A DNA stretch of 64,000 nt from the human T2T-CHM13v2.0 reference genome, Homo sapiens: the NCBI RefSeq assembly GCF_009914755.1, contig NC_060942.1. The stretch is one strand, 5' to 3'. Of the stretch, positions 33,206-51,029 are shown one piece after another. The number at the start of each line of letters is the position of its first letter. Within the stretch, counting starts at the first letter, position 1. The position numbers and the translations under genes were made by a program. The notes under the pieces were generated by a model. It saw nothing but the letters and a program-made list of their open reading frames with translations, did no database searches and was not told the origin of the DNA.

Positions 33206-34569
33206 TCATTGAGTTTTGTACCCTTCAAATGGATGAATTGTGTTGTGTATGAATTACATCTGAATAAAACTGTTTAAAAATATTAAGAATGATTGAGTGT
33301 GACATTATTGCAGCAGTACATTGGAGTTTCTGCTAAATTACTTTTGCATTCATTTCAAAAGGAAGCAACTATGCCCATTGCTAATTTAATAACCTGTTTG
33401 CTTGTGCGGTGTTTAAAATGGCATCATGAAAACATGGCAATGTGTGATAGATTAAGAGCCAATTAAATTTTTTATTTTGAGTTACAAGATCTGCATTAAA
33501 CAGATTTTATTGTTGCCCTTGAATTTCCAGTCTTAGATGAGTAGCAGCAGTGAAAAAAAGAGATCCTAACTTAAGAGTTTTCAAGCTTTTTGATGTTGCA
33601 GGTATTTGAATAAGTGGGTCTGTCTTACTGAAATATTTGTTAATTAGCGATAAAGCAAACTATATGTTGATCTTTTGGTAGTCCATGCTAAGGAGGATTA
33701 GAATAATATATAAATAATATAATGGTAATAAGTATCAGGGCAGGAGGATTAAAGAAGGGTGGAAGAAGTGTGACAAAATGTTACTTTCTGTTTTTACATT
33801 GTTTCTCTTCCAGGTCACAACTGTATTTCAAATGTATTTCATTTTCAGACTATAGGTGGCAATGTTTGTGCTGTTCACTGTTTAATGTTACTGTTGGCTC
33901 GGGTGTTGCTTGTTGCTGGAATATGGAAATGATAGCATAATTTAGAGTTGAGAATAAAAAAAACTAGATTTAGAAAACTAGAAACTAGATTTAGATTTAG
34001 TAGAGACTTTCTAAATAGTCCTAGTTCTGCTGTGTGGACCCTTCTGTAACTTTCTGTTACTCTGAGAAGGAGCTGATAATTATCACAACTACTGGTGTTT
34101 GATTAGCAGAGACATTCTTGATTCCTGATGCAAGACCGTGGCTGAAGTTGTAGCAGGGCGTTTGGTGGTTGGCGGTGTAAAGATCTGGGCCTCTTGTTTC
34201 ATGAATAATAGAATCTCACTATGATTGTAATATTTTGTTTTGAACTGGAGTGCTGATTATTGTAATGCCTTTAGGTGAGAAAAGCCTTATTATATAAGTG
34301 TATCTGGGGTAACTAGCTTAAATTTGACACTCCAGTCAACTTTTTGTCCCTGACTTCAGTCCTGCATTGATTCAAAACGCACCAAGTTAAATGGCAAGGC
34401 TCTCAGATTCCCTTGCTGTCATCAAATTCAGTGTTTGGTGACTTCTTGGCAGGCAGACATCTACCAAGAGATTTTGTATTCTTTTTATACCTCCTATTCA
34501 CCAAGAGAAAAGGGCCATTCAAAAGTGAGTTTTTCTTTTTTTTTTTTTAAGTTTAAAAAGCTATGATGT

Positions 34570-34988
<419 letters not shown>

Positions 34989-35125
34989 TCACTTTGTTTG
35001 TTTGGGCTGCAGTGGACCAATGGTTTCCCAGGCACACTGAAGTGACATGTAGATGGATTGCTTGAGTGGCTCCGGCATGTTTCCATCTCCTGTCTACCAG
35101 GCAGAGACCGTGTTCCCTGTTTTGA

Positions 35126-35533
<408 letters not shown>

Positions 35534-36329
35534 TGACTCAAGGTTTAGCTCTTCGTCTCTTGGGTGCAATTTTGGATCATGTCTTATAATGTATATTTAA
35601 AAGTGTGTTGTAAAGCTGGAATTCCCATCGTGGGTAAATGCTGAGATTGTTGTAATAGTGAGAAGTGCACTTGGGAACCATGGCCAACACTGCCCTAGCT
35701 GACTGGAGGTTGCACTGAGTTGCCCCCTTTGAACATCTGTTATGAATGAATGTTGGAAAATGCAAAGCCAATCATTTCTTTTACCTGACCTATGTGATGT
35801 TAAGTTTTAGTTTTATGTTTTGGCAAGTGAGTGTTGGATGTCACTAATGTGAGGAGGCCGGTGAGGGCAGACTTTGGGTCAGAGGTAATGTAGGAGATGA
35901 AGACCCTTTCTATTAATTTTTCTTGTTTAATTGAAGATGTTCGTGTTGAATGGGTTTTATTTACATGTGTAAGTTCTTTTTTTCTTAATGCTGGAAGTTA
36001 CTTTGGTTTTTCAGAAAATGCAAGTAACCCTAATCTATTTAGAGAATTACTTTGCTTAGTAAGCACTCAGTACTATTTAGTAATGGGGAAAAAATGTGTT
36101 TGTGTCCCACAGCGTGACAGGCTCCACAAACTTACTTACGAATCTCCTAACTACCCTGAGAACCTGAAGAATGGGACTTTGTGGAGAATCTTCTGCTTTC
36201 TTTGCTAGTCTCTATTTTTCCTTCTCAGTTATTAAGTGAGTTGTCTTTGGGTGTCCTCATCATGCTGACTTCATCTTGCCCAGTTTGTTTTGGGTAGAGG
36301 AAGGAGTGCAAGGTTTAAAGGAAAAGCAA

Positions 36330-37340
36330 AGCCTGTACAACATGGTGAGACCCCATGCCTGTGGTCCCAGCTACTTGAGAGGCCCAGGTGGAAAGATAAT
36401 TTGAGCACCGGGGTTCAGGAATGCGCTGAGTAATGATTGCACCACCGCACTCGAGTCTGGGCAACAGAATGAGACCTCATTTCAAAAGAAAAAGAAAAAG
36501 CAAGACTGAATCATTTCACTTTGTATTCTCCTCCTTGCTCTCATTCCTTTTGTGCTTCATGCATTGTGTGTGACAATTGGATGCAGCCGTAATTATTGTC
36601 AGTAACTTGGTTTTTAAGCTTCAGACTGTATTTCCTCCTCACTTGTTAACACCAGAAGATAAATGAATGTGGCTCTTGGATTGAACTACATCTACAGGGA
36701 GCTGAACTTCCCATGTTGACGTTGAATTCTAGAGTATGCTTATGCTGATTCTTGAGAAATTGGTATGTGCCGTGCCTTTGGAATTGATACCTTAATTTTC
36801 AGTGAATATTATTGGTATTATTATTAAAGAGAACACTTTAAGCCAGGAGTAAGAGCTTTTCCTCCTTTTGAGAAGTGAGGTACAGAAGAGTATACTGCAG
36901 CTGTGGGAGTGATGGGTGGGGTGGGGCAGTGTTGAAGAATATTTAATACCACGAAGATGTCACCAGTATAATATTAAATAGAAAAAGTAGGTTATAAGAC
37001 AGTGGATCCAGTAGAATCCTATTGTGGTTAAGTGTTTATATGTAGAGAAAATGACTAGGGGCTAGGCACAGTGGCTCACGCCTGTAATCTGAACCACTTT
37101 GGGAGATAGAGGTGGGAGGATCACTTGAACCCAGGAGTTCAAGACCAGCCTGGGCAACATAGTGAGACTCTGTCTCTATAAAACAAGAAAAAAGAAAAAC
37201 TAACTAGGGATATATTCCAGCATGTTAGTGGAGGTTATCTTTGAGCAAAGGGGATTATAGGTAATTTTTTATTGTCTTGTGTTTTGCTTACATGTGTTTT
37301 CTATATTTCTACAATAAACCTTTTTTTCTTAATATAAAAG
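36330..37340 (+). mobile_element. Alu fragments (about 36330-36500 and 37059-37200) and an old L1ME 3' remnant (about 36940-37340)
   Basis: Alu arm motifs; CCAGCATGTTAGTGGAGGTTATCT...GGGATTATAGGTAATTTTT is an L1ME 3' signature. Confidence 0.7.
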
Positions 37341-38461
37341 TAAGTTTAAAAGTGAGTTTAAAAATCCCTGAAAGGCATGTACTTCAAGCTTCAAGTGAAA
37401 GTTATAGTACTTGTTCAGCACAAATACTGATATAGTGTTTGTTCAGTGGAACACTTATTTAGGGTCTGCCTTGTGTTTTGTGTCTAAGGATTACCAGGTC
37501 ATTTTCATATTAGGAGCTCACCACTACGTTGGGAGTTGGAGAGATAGAGCAAGGACTATTTTAAGGAAAAAATGACTGGTAAATTGTATTTCTTTTTCCC
37601 CACTTGCAGTTTGCAAAATAGGTGTTTCATTTCTCTCCACTGTGGACACGTAAAGTTTGAATTTCCATCCTTCTGTGCACTCCAGTTGCGTGAAAGTAAT
37701 TTACATTGCTAGTAGTGGTTTGGGTTCTCTGAAATTTTTTGTGTGTGCTGTGGAAATTGTCTCCTGTGATCAGACTCAAATCCATTTCTCCTTATTATTG
37801 TTTTCTTAGGTTTTGAGTTAGAGACCTTTTCATGACCGTATAAGGTGTTGAATAGGTTTAGATATCAAAGTGATAGCTATGCATAGCTATACTCACCTGT
37901 GAGCGGTCAGCTCTTCAGTGTTTCTTTCAACTGACTTGTAATATCCAGCCACTGTTGGGTGTGACCTAGAGTGTATCTCTTCCCAAACAGAAGGGAGGAG
38001 TTGACAAACACCATGTTACTTTTAATCAGAGACTTGTCCTTGTCCCCCTTCCCCCAGCCTTTTAATAATTCTGAATTCATGTTGCAGTCGGTATGTGTTT
38101 AAAGTGTTGGTAGGTTTCTTGTACTCACACCATCCTCCTCCACTCCTCTCACCCCCAAAAAGTGACAGCTGACAGTTGATGGCATCTTAGAATTGTGAAG
38201 CTTGAGTTGGTCTGTCTCAATTCGTGTTTTATGGTGGCCCATAAATTGTGAAAGATAATTGATAGTTGTCATGGGAACTAGTTGTGTTGTTCAGCTATGA
38301 TGTCTCAATTAGGAAGTGTTCACCTAGACAGTAAGGAAATGGGCCAGCTCAGGGATGTCTTCAGGAACCAGGTTCATTGTTTTTTCTGCTTTCCCTTCTA
38401 CAGCCTGGCTCTTTCCAGGGCTTCTTGGTCCTAGGCTGGCTGCCACTGACAGAGCTATGCC

Positions 38462-38815
<354 letters not shown>

Positions 38816-39916
38816 TAACTGTGTACTTGTAAAGGAAAGAGAACGGCCTCCTGTGCCTTAAATCTTCTGTTGTGTCTCAGGGCCCACAGAGGCTGAGATC
38901 TGTTCATCCTGCAACCAGTCACCGTGGCAAGGAGGAGATAGAATTACCTTTTTTTCTTACCTTTTGAGCCAGGGGTAGAGTCAGGCACGGTGACCCTGCA
39001 TTCCACACCTTGGATAATCCATCCACCTTCAGAAATGCCCCTGGCTTCGTGAAATGCACATGCTCCCTTTCTCCAGGGAGGTGACCCGAATATGCAGCTA
39101 AGTATTGCAAGGATTTCTGGGTAATATTACACCTGAAAGGAGGTTTTTTTTTTTTTAATTATCTGGTGATTTATGACTAAATAGGCTATGTCTCTCAAAA
39201 CATTGAACCTGCAATGGGCAAGAAAGAACAGGATGACTACAATGAACCTTCTATTTGGAAAAGGGGAAAATAAGACACTCACAGTGGGGTAGCTGGCTGA
39301 ACAGGAACAGCTGGGAGCGTTTGCTTTGGTCAGCCGGTCTGGCAGCTTGCCTCTGCTGAAGTCCGTCCAGGGTGAGAATCTCGCTTGGTCATTGTCCTCT
39401 GCAGCTGCACCTGGATGGGGTAGGCACTGGCAAAGCTCCTTTTCTTGGGTGCTGCTTGGCATTAGTCTGGGGCTTCAGGATTGGTTGTCTTGGGGTTGAA
39501 TAGCCACAGGCTTGTTCCAGCCTTACTGAGAATGTCTTTGGCAAAACTGCTCCCAGGAAAACTCAGGCTCTGAGTTTTGTGTCTAGTCAATTCCATGGGC
39601 TGGTAATGGCAGCCAGTGATCTCACCTAGATGAGGTCTGTGGTTCTGGGAATTCCTGGGTCTTAACAGTAAGTCCCACAGCCCTGCTAATCCCCACCACA
39701 TCTGCCTTGAGGCAATTTTAAAATAGCCTAGAATGAAGAGGCACACAGTTTTGGGTCTAACAGACAACAGGGGCAGTTTAACCCACTCTGCTTTTGCTCT
39801 CTGGTGTATCAAGAATGAGCAACTTCCCCACACTGGGATTGTGGGACTCTGAGCACCCACTTCCCTTCACTCAGCCATTCCAATTTCTTAAAGCAATTTT
39901 TAAAAAATGGTGGTAA

Positions 39917-40303
<387 letters not shown>

Positions 40304-40974
40304 CTAGCCATGGAACTCTTAAGTCTTGCAAAACTGGAAATGCCTTACTCGTGAACCAGTACCTCCCCATTCCCAGCCATTCCAGTTTCTTGTAGCGCAT
40401 CTTCTCTTTGATACAAAATCTTTGATAGGGTTTTGATTGCAAGCAACAGCAATTGAATCTGATGAATTCAACAGAGAAGGAATTAACTGAAGGAATTTGG
40501 GGTAGCACTGGAGTACCTGTCACACTGGAGAGACAGGCCTGGACAGGGGTCAGGGACCAATGAAGCCTGGGCATCCAGAATCAAAGCTGTTAGTGTGTTT
40601 TATTATTTAAGAGTCAGCTCAGAGGTCACTGTTCAAAGCTGGGCACTCTGTCTCCAACTATCCCTCTTCACATCCCAGACTCAATAGCACCTTTCTGCAT
40701 AGTTACTTCTACTGAATACTTCACTGACAGCAATGAAGGATTGTTTGTTTATGTGTCTGTCTCATATAGATTAGGCACCTCTTCAGAGCCACAGCCACAT
40801 CCCAATGATTCATCTCCAGTCCCAAGCACCGAATCAGACCCCTTGACTGTTTACTCCATTCAAGTGATGATCTCAGGTTAGATAATCATGAGGTCAGTTG
40901 GTCAAAGCAAAAACATCTTTTTAAATGTCTTTTTGAATTCTAATTTGTTTATGCAATATAGATTACTCCTCCTA

Positions 40975-41119
40975 TTTTCTTTTTCTTTCTTTTTTTTCCT
41001 TAAGAGATGGGATCTCAGTATGTTGGCCAGGCTGGCCTCTAACTCCTGGGCTCAGCGGTTTCTCCCACCTTGGTTTCCTAAAGTTCAGGGATGACACGTG
41101 TGAGCCACCGTGCTCAGCC
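40975..41119 (-). mobile_element. Alu left monomer (FLAM-like)
   Basis: Antisense monomer; TSD CTCCTCCTATTTTCT. Confidence 0.85.
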
Positions 41120-41584
41120 CCTCCTCCTATTTTCTAGTCTGTGTCATTACTGAGAATTTTACTCTTTATTCTCTTTCCTCAAATTCTAAGTGAAAAGACC
41201 TCTCCTCTCTAGGCCCCAAGAAAGGCAAATGTGTTCCACAGAAGAAGGTTGCAGACCCATGTTTGATTGCTTTATACCATATTTCCCCCCCAGAGGCTCT
41301 TAAAAGGGCAAAGAAGGTGTTGAAACTGCCACTGTCAATACCAGAGCATCTGCTTGAAACCAGTGTTTCTTTTGTGACTCCAGGATCCATGCTGCCTGGC
41401 TAAGAAGGGCAGTGTCCTCCTTGCCCAGGTGTTAAACCACAGCAGACCTAGAAAACTGAGATGTCACTCCTCCCCTGGAGTGACAGCAGTGTTAGGAAGT
41501 TTGGAATCTGCCAACCCACCTCATCCTGTCCATGAAGTTGTCACTTGGCTAGGTGTTGATGTAAATGTGCTACAGAAACGAACT

Positions 41585-41965
41585 CACCTCTTGTGGGACA
41601 TGGTGACTCTGGTTAGTAACAATGTATTCTTCAAAATTGCCAAGACAGTAGATTTTAAATGTTCTTCGTATGCAAACTTGGTAAGTATGTGGGGTAATGC
41701 ATAGGTTAACTAGCTTGAATTAACCATTCCGCAGTGTGTACGTATTTCGAAATAACATGTACATGACAAACAGATACAATTTTCATCAATTAAAATAAAC
41801 ATTTAGAAAAATAACATAAATCCTCACAATAGCCCTTTGAGGTAGGTGCTGTCATTTTATAGGTGGGGAAACTGAGGTTCAAGGAGGTTAAATAACTTTC
41901 CCAGGGTCACAGAACTACTTAGTAAGTGGCTGAGCCAGGACTTGAACAAGCAGTCCGGTTGTAGA
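41585..41965. mobile_element. L1MA 3' end (+, about 41585-41820) followed by MIR (-, about 41820-41965)
   Basis: CATGGTGACT...GTAGATTTTAAATGTTCT...GGTAAGTATGTGGGGTAATGCATA; then AATCCTCACAATAGCCCT...GGAAACTGAGG. Confidence 0.8.
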
Positions 41966-42583
41966 CACCCTGAGTGGAACCATCACGCTGTGGTGTGTCC
42001 GGGAGTGCTTCAAGCAGGGGTTGGTTGGGGGTGGGGTTGGGGTGGGGAAGGCACAGCTGAGGCCTGAGTGGCCAGACTGTAAAAGCCAAAGGAAGAAGTG
42101 GCTGGATGTGAACAGCTTTGTGGACCTCATCAAGGAGCTGGGACTATATTGTTTGAGGCACCTTGAGAAACCTGTTGAGATCTGGGCTTTTCTTATTAGT
42201 AAGTATGTTGCCCAGACTGGTCTCAAACCCCTGGCCTCAGGTAATCCTCCCATCTCAGCCTTCTGAGTCACTGGGATTACAGGTGCAAGTCGTTGGGCCC
42301 CGCAATCTGGGCTTTTCTAAAGCTCACCATGCAGCTTTGGGGAGATTGGATTTGAGTTGGACAACCCTAGGCAGTTGCAGAGCTGTCCAGGCAGAAATGG
42401 TGATGACGGTGAAAATGAGCCAGGGGATAAGGCAGGAGGTATTTAGGAGGCAGATTCCATTGGATTTGGTCACTGATTGATTAGGTACAAAAAAAGGGAG
42501 GTGTCTAGAATAATCCCTAGGTTTCTTCAGAGGACTAGGTAGATGGGAGGAGGGGAAGAAGCCTATCTCTATTAAATACTTAG

Positions 42584-43101
<518 letters not shown>

Positions 43102-44593
43102 GCTGTAGTGCAGTATCAGTTTTACGTGGTTATCTAATTGGATCCGTGAGCCAGTCATGTTAGATCATAAATATGATTTTTCCTGTTTTTCAGATAAAAA
43201 ACTGAGGCATAGACAGGATGGGTCACTTGGCCAAAGCTCTGCAGCTAGTAAGTGTTAGAGCCAGAATTTGAACGCAAGTCTTCCAGATGTCAGAATCTAC
43301 TCCTTCTGCTTACCCTGCTGCTTCATGTCTCACAGTGATGCCAAGGAAGATGCACATTGGACTGTGGGTTGTTTTTTTTTTTCTTTCTGTCATGGTGGTT
43401 CCAGACTAGAGGAGGCAGGAAGGAAGGTGGTTATTTATAGTCAGCTGTGCATAGGATCGATTTTTTTCAATCCTGAAGGACTTGCAGCAGGTAGTTCAAA
43501 GAAATCTCCTTTAGACGTTGACTTTCCCTTGCAGTTGTAAATATGGGAACATTTACCATCTTTTGCTTTAAAATATACTGTTATAATTAAGGTAAAATGT
43601 AAAACTTATAACTTAAAAACTTTACTCCCTGTGCATATGAACTATGGCAAGCTTCTCAAATTAATTACTATCCCTTTGGGATAAATTAAAATATTTTGAT
43701 TTGCTAGAGGTAAGGAGCCCTTTTGAGAATTAGTTTGTTTTAGTTGAGAATGATTAGAGGGCTAGAATGATATATAGCTCTAAATAGGAAGGTTTCTGAT
43801 TCTTTTGGCTACTCTCCACTTTTACTGGTATTTTCCAGTTCTGGGAAGATTCTGCATGTATGTAGCAGCCTCCCTTGGCTATCCATGGTATTAGAGCTCT
43901 AGGGACAGAGTTCTCCTAGTTGAACTCTTCATAATATCTCATTATTGGTATTTTCAAAGTTATATGTGTATTTTAAGATAGTCTTTGGATGATGTTCCAA
44001 AGAAGGCTGCTTTGTTGAGATTGAGATAGTTGTTTTGCAGTTGTGATTTCTCTTTGTAAAAAGAAGTCTTTGTGTCGGTCCCAGGTCTTATTTTTTGCTT
44101 GATCACCCAGTACGTGGGTGCACTTGGGCTGTTGGGACCATCTGGTGAGTGTGAGGTCTCTGTACTTCACCTGTGGAGTCTGTTGTCCTGAAAGGTGCTG
44201 GCTCAGGTGGTGGTGCTTTGAGGGGAGCTTGTTTGCTGCACCTTCCAGTCTGCTAGAAAATAGATGCTTAGAGGGGCATTTCGGGGTGGAATCTGATCAT
44301 GGAGTTTGGTGAGCAAACAGGGCCTCAAGTTTTATGTTGTGAGAAATAAATACTGAGTTTATGTTTTAATTATGGCACAGATTAATACAAAATCTGGTGA
44401 AAAATGGAGAAAAGGAGAGCTTAAAACTTAGCTGTTTGTTGCTGTCATCTAAATGTAGTTGGTAGCCAGCCTAGATGGGACCACAGCATGGCACTAAAGC
44501 GCGGCTGCTGCTTTTCAGATCCCATGTTCATATTCGCATGTGTGGAGCATGAAAGTACCAATAGAAAATTTTGACAAAGAAATTGAAGGGTTG

Positions 44594-46125
<1,532 letters not shown>

Positions 46126-46686
46126 CAATGTTTCTTAAAATACATCCAAACATAAAAAGAACAAGGATGTTTATAGCTGGTATATCACCATAGCCATCAC
46201 TATAACACCGTAACAAACATGCAAATTTGTTACAAATCTAATTCTCAAATGAATACCATTCAAATTAATAGCATGATTTTAATGTGACAGGTGATGCTAT
46301 TTTATTAAAACTCTATCATCTGTGCTCAGGAAGTCATGGCTGCTAGGGTAAGTTTTCCTTTCCTAACCAATTATGTGCCAGTTGGTGGTAACATAACACC
46401 GTTTTCCTTTGTTTCCTTTATTCAAACTTCTCTTGTACTATGTACTAGAGCATGAACACGTCTTTGACCTACAGTTATGTTAGCTGGAGACACAGCAGAA
46501 CTACTGTTGTCATCTTGATCCTGAATACAAGGGCCGATTGAAGCCCCAGAAATCATGGGGAAGTACTCGTTTACATAAAGTGGTCATGTAGATAATCTAA
46601 AATATGCCCGTTAGTGTATTAAGATCATAACTGCCTAAAGCTTCCTGTGCCAGGAGTGGTCTTAGCTCTCAAAGAAGTCATAGTCT

Positions 46687-46802
46687 GGCCAGGCGTGATG
46701 ACTCATCCCTCTCATCTCAGCACTTTGGGAGGCGAAAGGATTGCTTGAGGCCAGGAGTTTGAGACCAGCCCGGGCAACATAGCTTGATCCCGTTTCTTAA
46801 AA
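46687..46802 (+). mobile_element. Alu left monomer
   Basis: Single left arm. Confidence 0.8.
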
Positions 46803-48243
46803 AATGGAAGTGATATCCAGGCGGGGAAACCTTCCTGCTGTAGTGGAGCCTCTTGAGATGGCACACGTATTTTGCTCACAGGTGCTATCAATATATAGCT
46901 CTGGTTCTTCAGAATATAAATAACTATCACCTGACCCCAATACCGTATCTATATTGAGATTGTTCATTAGATCCAAAACATCTTGTGCATTTCTTGCTTT
47001 TTAGTCATGCACAGACCTTGTCTTTACTTTCAAAGACAGTTTGGTACTGAAAATTGCTCTGGTAAATTAACACAATTTATTTAATCCCTGCTCTTTCCAA
47101 TCTTTAGCAACGTTTTTTTCATTGTCACCATCAGATGACCTTGCTGAGCTTCCAAGTGGCAATTGCTTTTGTTGTATTGTTTAAAGGCAAACAAAAATCA
47201 ATTATTATTGGCTCTAGAGTGCCTGGCGAGGTGGAGCTCAGTTCTTTGTGCATTGCGCACTATGCTGCTGGTGTCTCAGCTGCCATGCTTATGGTTGCAT
47301 TACTTTCCTGTCTAGCTTTGGTATTCTTGCCTTTAAAAATTTCTTTTTCCATTTGCTTTTCTTAGCCAGTGATGACAGTAAAATAAGGAACGACCTATTT
47401 ATTGTTTTAAGAGATACGCTGGATGGTGCCCAGGCAGATGAGCATTGCCATTCAAGGTGGCTTCTTGGTAGACTGCATTTACTCTTAATCGGGTGCCTGT
47501 GGGTCAGTGCATTTCTTGGTCATCCTTACTCTGTCAAAGCTGCCTTGTTAGCCAGGTTACTAGCCATACTAGTCTCATTACCTTACGATAACACCTCATT
47601 CAAATGGCCTTAACGAAGTTGAACACTTATCTTAGTCACTATGGTTGGCTTTGAACCTTTTCTAGAAGTTAAGTTTATTCCCTGGGAAAAAACGTGTTTG
47701 CCACCACACAGAGTGCTGGGTGTACTGGGAACCCGGCTTCAAAGGCAACTACTCCAGTAGGGAAGGTTGAGGAGGGTATTGAATGATAGCTCACTGCTTA
47801 AATAAGTGTTTAGAGTCCCAAGGTATATGTAATGGCATATGAAATGCCTAGTGTTTAAAGAATATTCAGAAATAATCAGTCATACTCTTTAATATTCATA
47901 TCTCATAGAGTTAGCATCAGGAAGGAAACTTGGTAGATTAAATAAAATAGCAGAAATTACTGCTGGATTTTTGTACAGTAGAAATGTATGCACATTTTTC
48001 TCCCCTAGTAGTCACTTAAGTTGCATATCCATTTCCTGTTACATCTCATGACATGTTTTGGGTAAACCGTTTTTGGAAGCGTCCATTTGTGTAGAAGTTA
48101 GGTGGTTCTGAGTTTAACTTTGTACACATTTCTAGGCACAAGGAAATTAAATAACTGGCTGAGTGAGAGTGATCTCGTTGAATGCTGAGGCTTGTTTGGG
48201 AATTGGGTTTATTTTGGTGAAATATGTAAATTTAGATCCACTC

Positions 48244-48249
48244 TGTATT

Positions 48250-48283
<34 letters not shown>

Positions 48284-48856
48284 GGAGTCTCTCTCTTTCA
48301 CCCAGGCTGAAGTGCAGTGGCATGATCTCAGCTTACTGCCACCATGCCAGGCTAACTTTTGTATTTTTAGTAGAGACGGGGTTTCAACCATGTTGGCCAG
48401 GCTGGTCTTGAACGCCTGACCTCGTGTTCCACTCACCTTGGCCTCCCAAACTGCTAGGATTACAAGCATGAGCCATCGCGCCCGGCCAAGTCCGTTTTTA
48501 CACTCCTATAACGACATACATGAGACTGCGTAATTTATAAAGAAAAGAGGTTTAATTGGCTCACGATTCTGCAGGTTGTACAGGCTTCTGCTTCTGGGGA
48601 GGCCTCAGGAAACTTACAGTCATAAGGGAAGGTGAAGAGGAAGCAAGCATGTCTTACATGGAAGAATCAGGAGGAAGAGGGGTGGGGTGCCACATATTTT
48701 TAAATAACCAAGCACAGACTCACTATCACGAGAGCAACACTGAGGGGCAAAATCCACTCCCATCATCTCATCTCCTTGTACCAGGCCCCTCCTACAACAC
48801 TGGGGATTGCAATTCCACATGAGATTTGAGTTGGGACACAAATCTAAACCATATAA
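48244..48856 (-). mobile_element. MST (MSTA-like) MaLR LTR with an internally deleted antisense Alu (about 48252-48487) near its end
   Basis: TGTATTAGT[Alu]CCGTTTT...TAATTTATAAAGAAAAGAGGTTTAATTGGCTCAC...GGGACACAAATCTAAACCATAT. Confidence 0.85.
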
Positions 48857-49703
48857 CCCTCATACACATGTATTGTAATTCAGAATTTGTCATTTTAAAA
48901 AAAAATTTTTAAGATTAGCTTATCAATTTAAATGTTTCCAGCCCTGAACTCTCAAAGTCAACTTTAATGAGTTTTGATTTTTGCCGAGAAAGATCAACAG
49001 CAGAAGAAAGAGAAGTATAACAAAACTTAGCTCCACAGGAGCAAACTGGAGAATTGGAGTACTGGTTTATGATTTTGGTCAGTTAAGCAGAATGCAGTCC
49101 TAGTTTAAACAAGACTGGATAAAAGTCCAAATTCAAATACCATTCTTACAAGTGTTTGAATTTAATTTTGTCAGTGTACATACATATATCTAGTACCATA
49201 GTGATCTCAGGCTTTGAAGAATGAAAAGCAAAAGAAATGATTTAGAGTCCTGGTCCAACCACTCAGCTATCTGATATCCTTTTGCTATTTTCGTTTAAGG
49301 GGTTATCAGGGAATGAGCTAATTTGACATTTTCTGCTTAAAGCAATGGTTGGGGCTGGGTTGGGGTGGAGAGAGCTGCTCTGAGGAGGTGGTGTGGGGGG
49401 CCTGCGAGGACACACTTGGGTTACCTGGTACATCTGCAGTTCCCATGGAATTGGGTCTCAAAACTGAGAAATGGAAGTGTGAGCTAGGAAGAGGAGTAGC
49501 TTAATGGGGACTTTGCCACACTTTTAGTGCTCCTGTAGCTGCACACATGTTGTTCTTTGTAATGTATGATTTGTGTCCCAGTGGAACACTTGAGGAGTGG
49601 GAGCTGGAGAAAGGAATGTTGTACAGTGTTGTGCAGATGTGGGTGAGATGAGGTGATCTGGGAAGCTGGCAGTCTTAGTTGGCCCAGGAATGCCAGGACC
49701 TGA

Positions 49704-50482
<779 letters not shown>

Positions 50483-50724
50483 TGAGGAAGGAAAGAATAT
50501 GATTTTGTACCACTCAGAGAAAAATGTGAGCATTTCTCTACTGTCTTGGGTTGGTTATTTTCCGTTGATTCAAAATTGCTCTGCAGGAGACATAGGAGAG
50601 GCTTGAGAGATGTCAGTGGGTGGCCATGGCTCAGCCTTGATCCTGAGTGGGTGGGAATACTCTGTTAATGGGGCAAAGTGGACCCTCCAGGTCCTTCATG
50701 CTCCTTTTGGAAAGAAGCGTTCCT

Positions 50725-51029
50725 GGCCAGACACAGTGGCTTACGCCTGTAATCCCAGCACTTTGGGAGGCTGAGGCAGGCAGATCATTTGAGGTCAGGA
50801 GTTCAAGATCAGCCTGGCCAACATGGCAAAACCCCGTCTCTACTAAAAATATAAAAATTAGCTGGGTGTGATGATGTGCACCTGTAGTCCCAGCTACTTC
50901 AGAGCTGAGGCACAAGAATCGCTTGAACCTGGGAGGTGGAGGTTGCAGTGAGCCAAGATCGTACCCCTGTGCTCCAGCCTGTGTGATAGAGTGAGAATCT
51001 GTCTCCAAAAAAAAAAAAAAAAAAAAAAA
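50725..51029 (+). mobile_element. Alu (AluS)
   Basis: Dimer with poly-A tail. Confidence 0.92.

Noticed and set aside
33958-34003. Short imperfect repeats AAACTAGATTTAG
   Set aside because: Simple slippage duplication with no spacer structure; not CRISPR-like.
42017-42047. G4-capable GGGGTTGGTTGGGGGTGGGGTTGGGGTGGGG
   Set aside because: A common isolated intronic G-tract with no associated feature.
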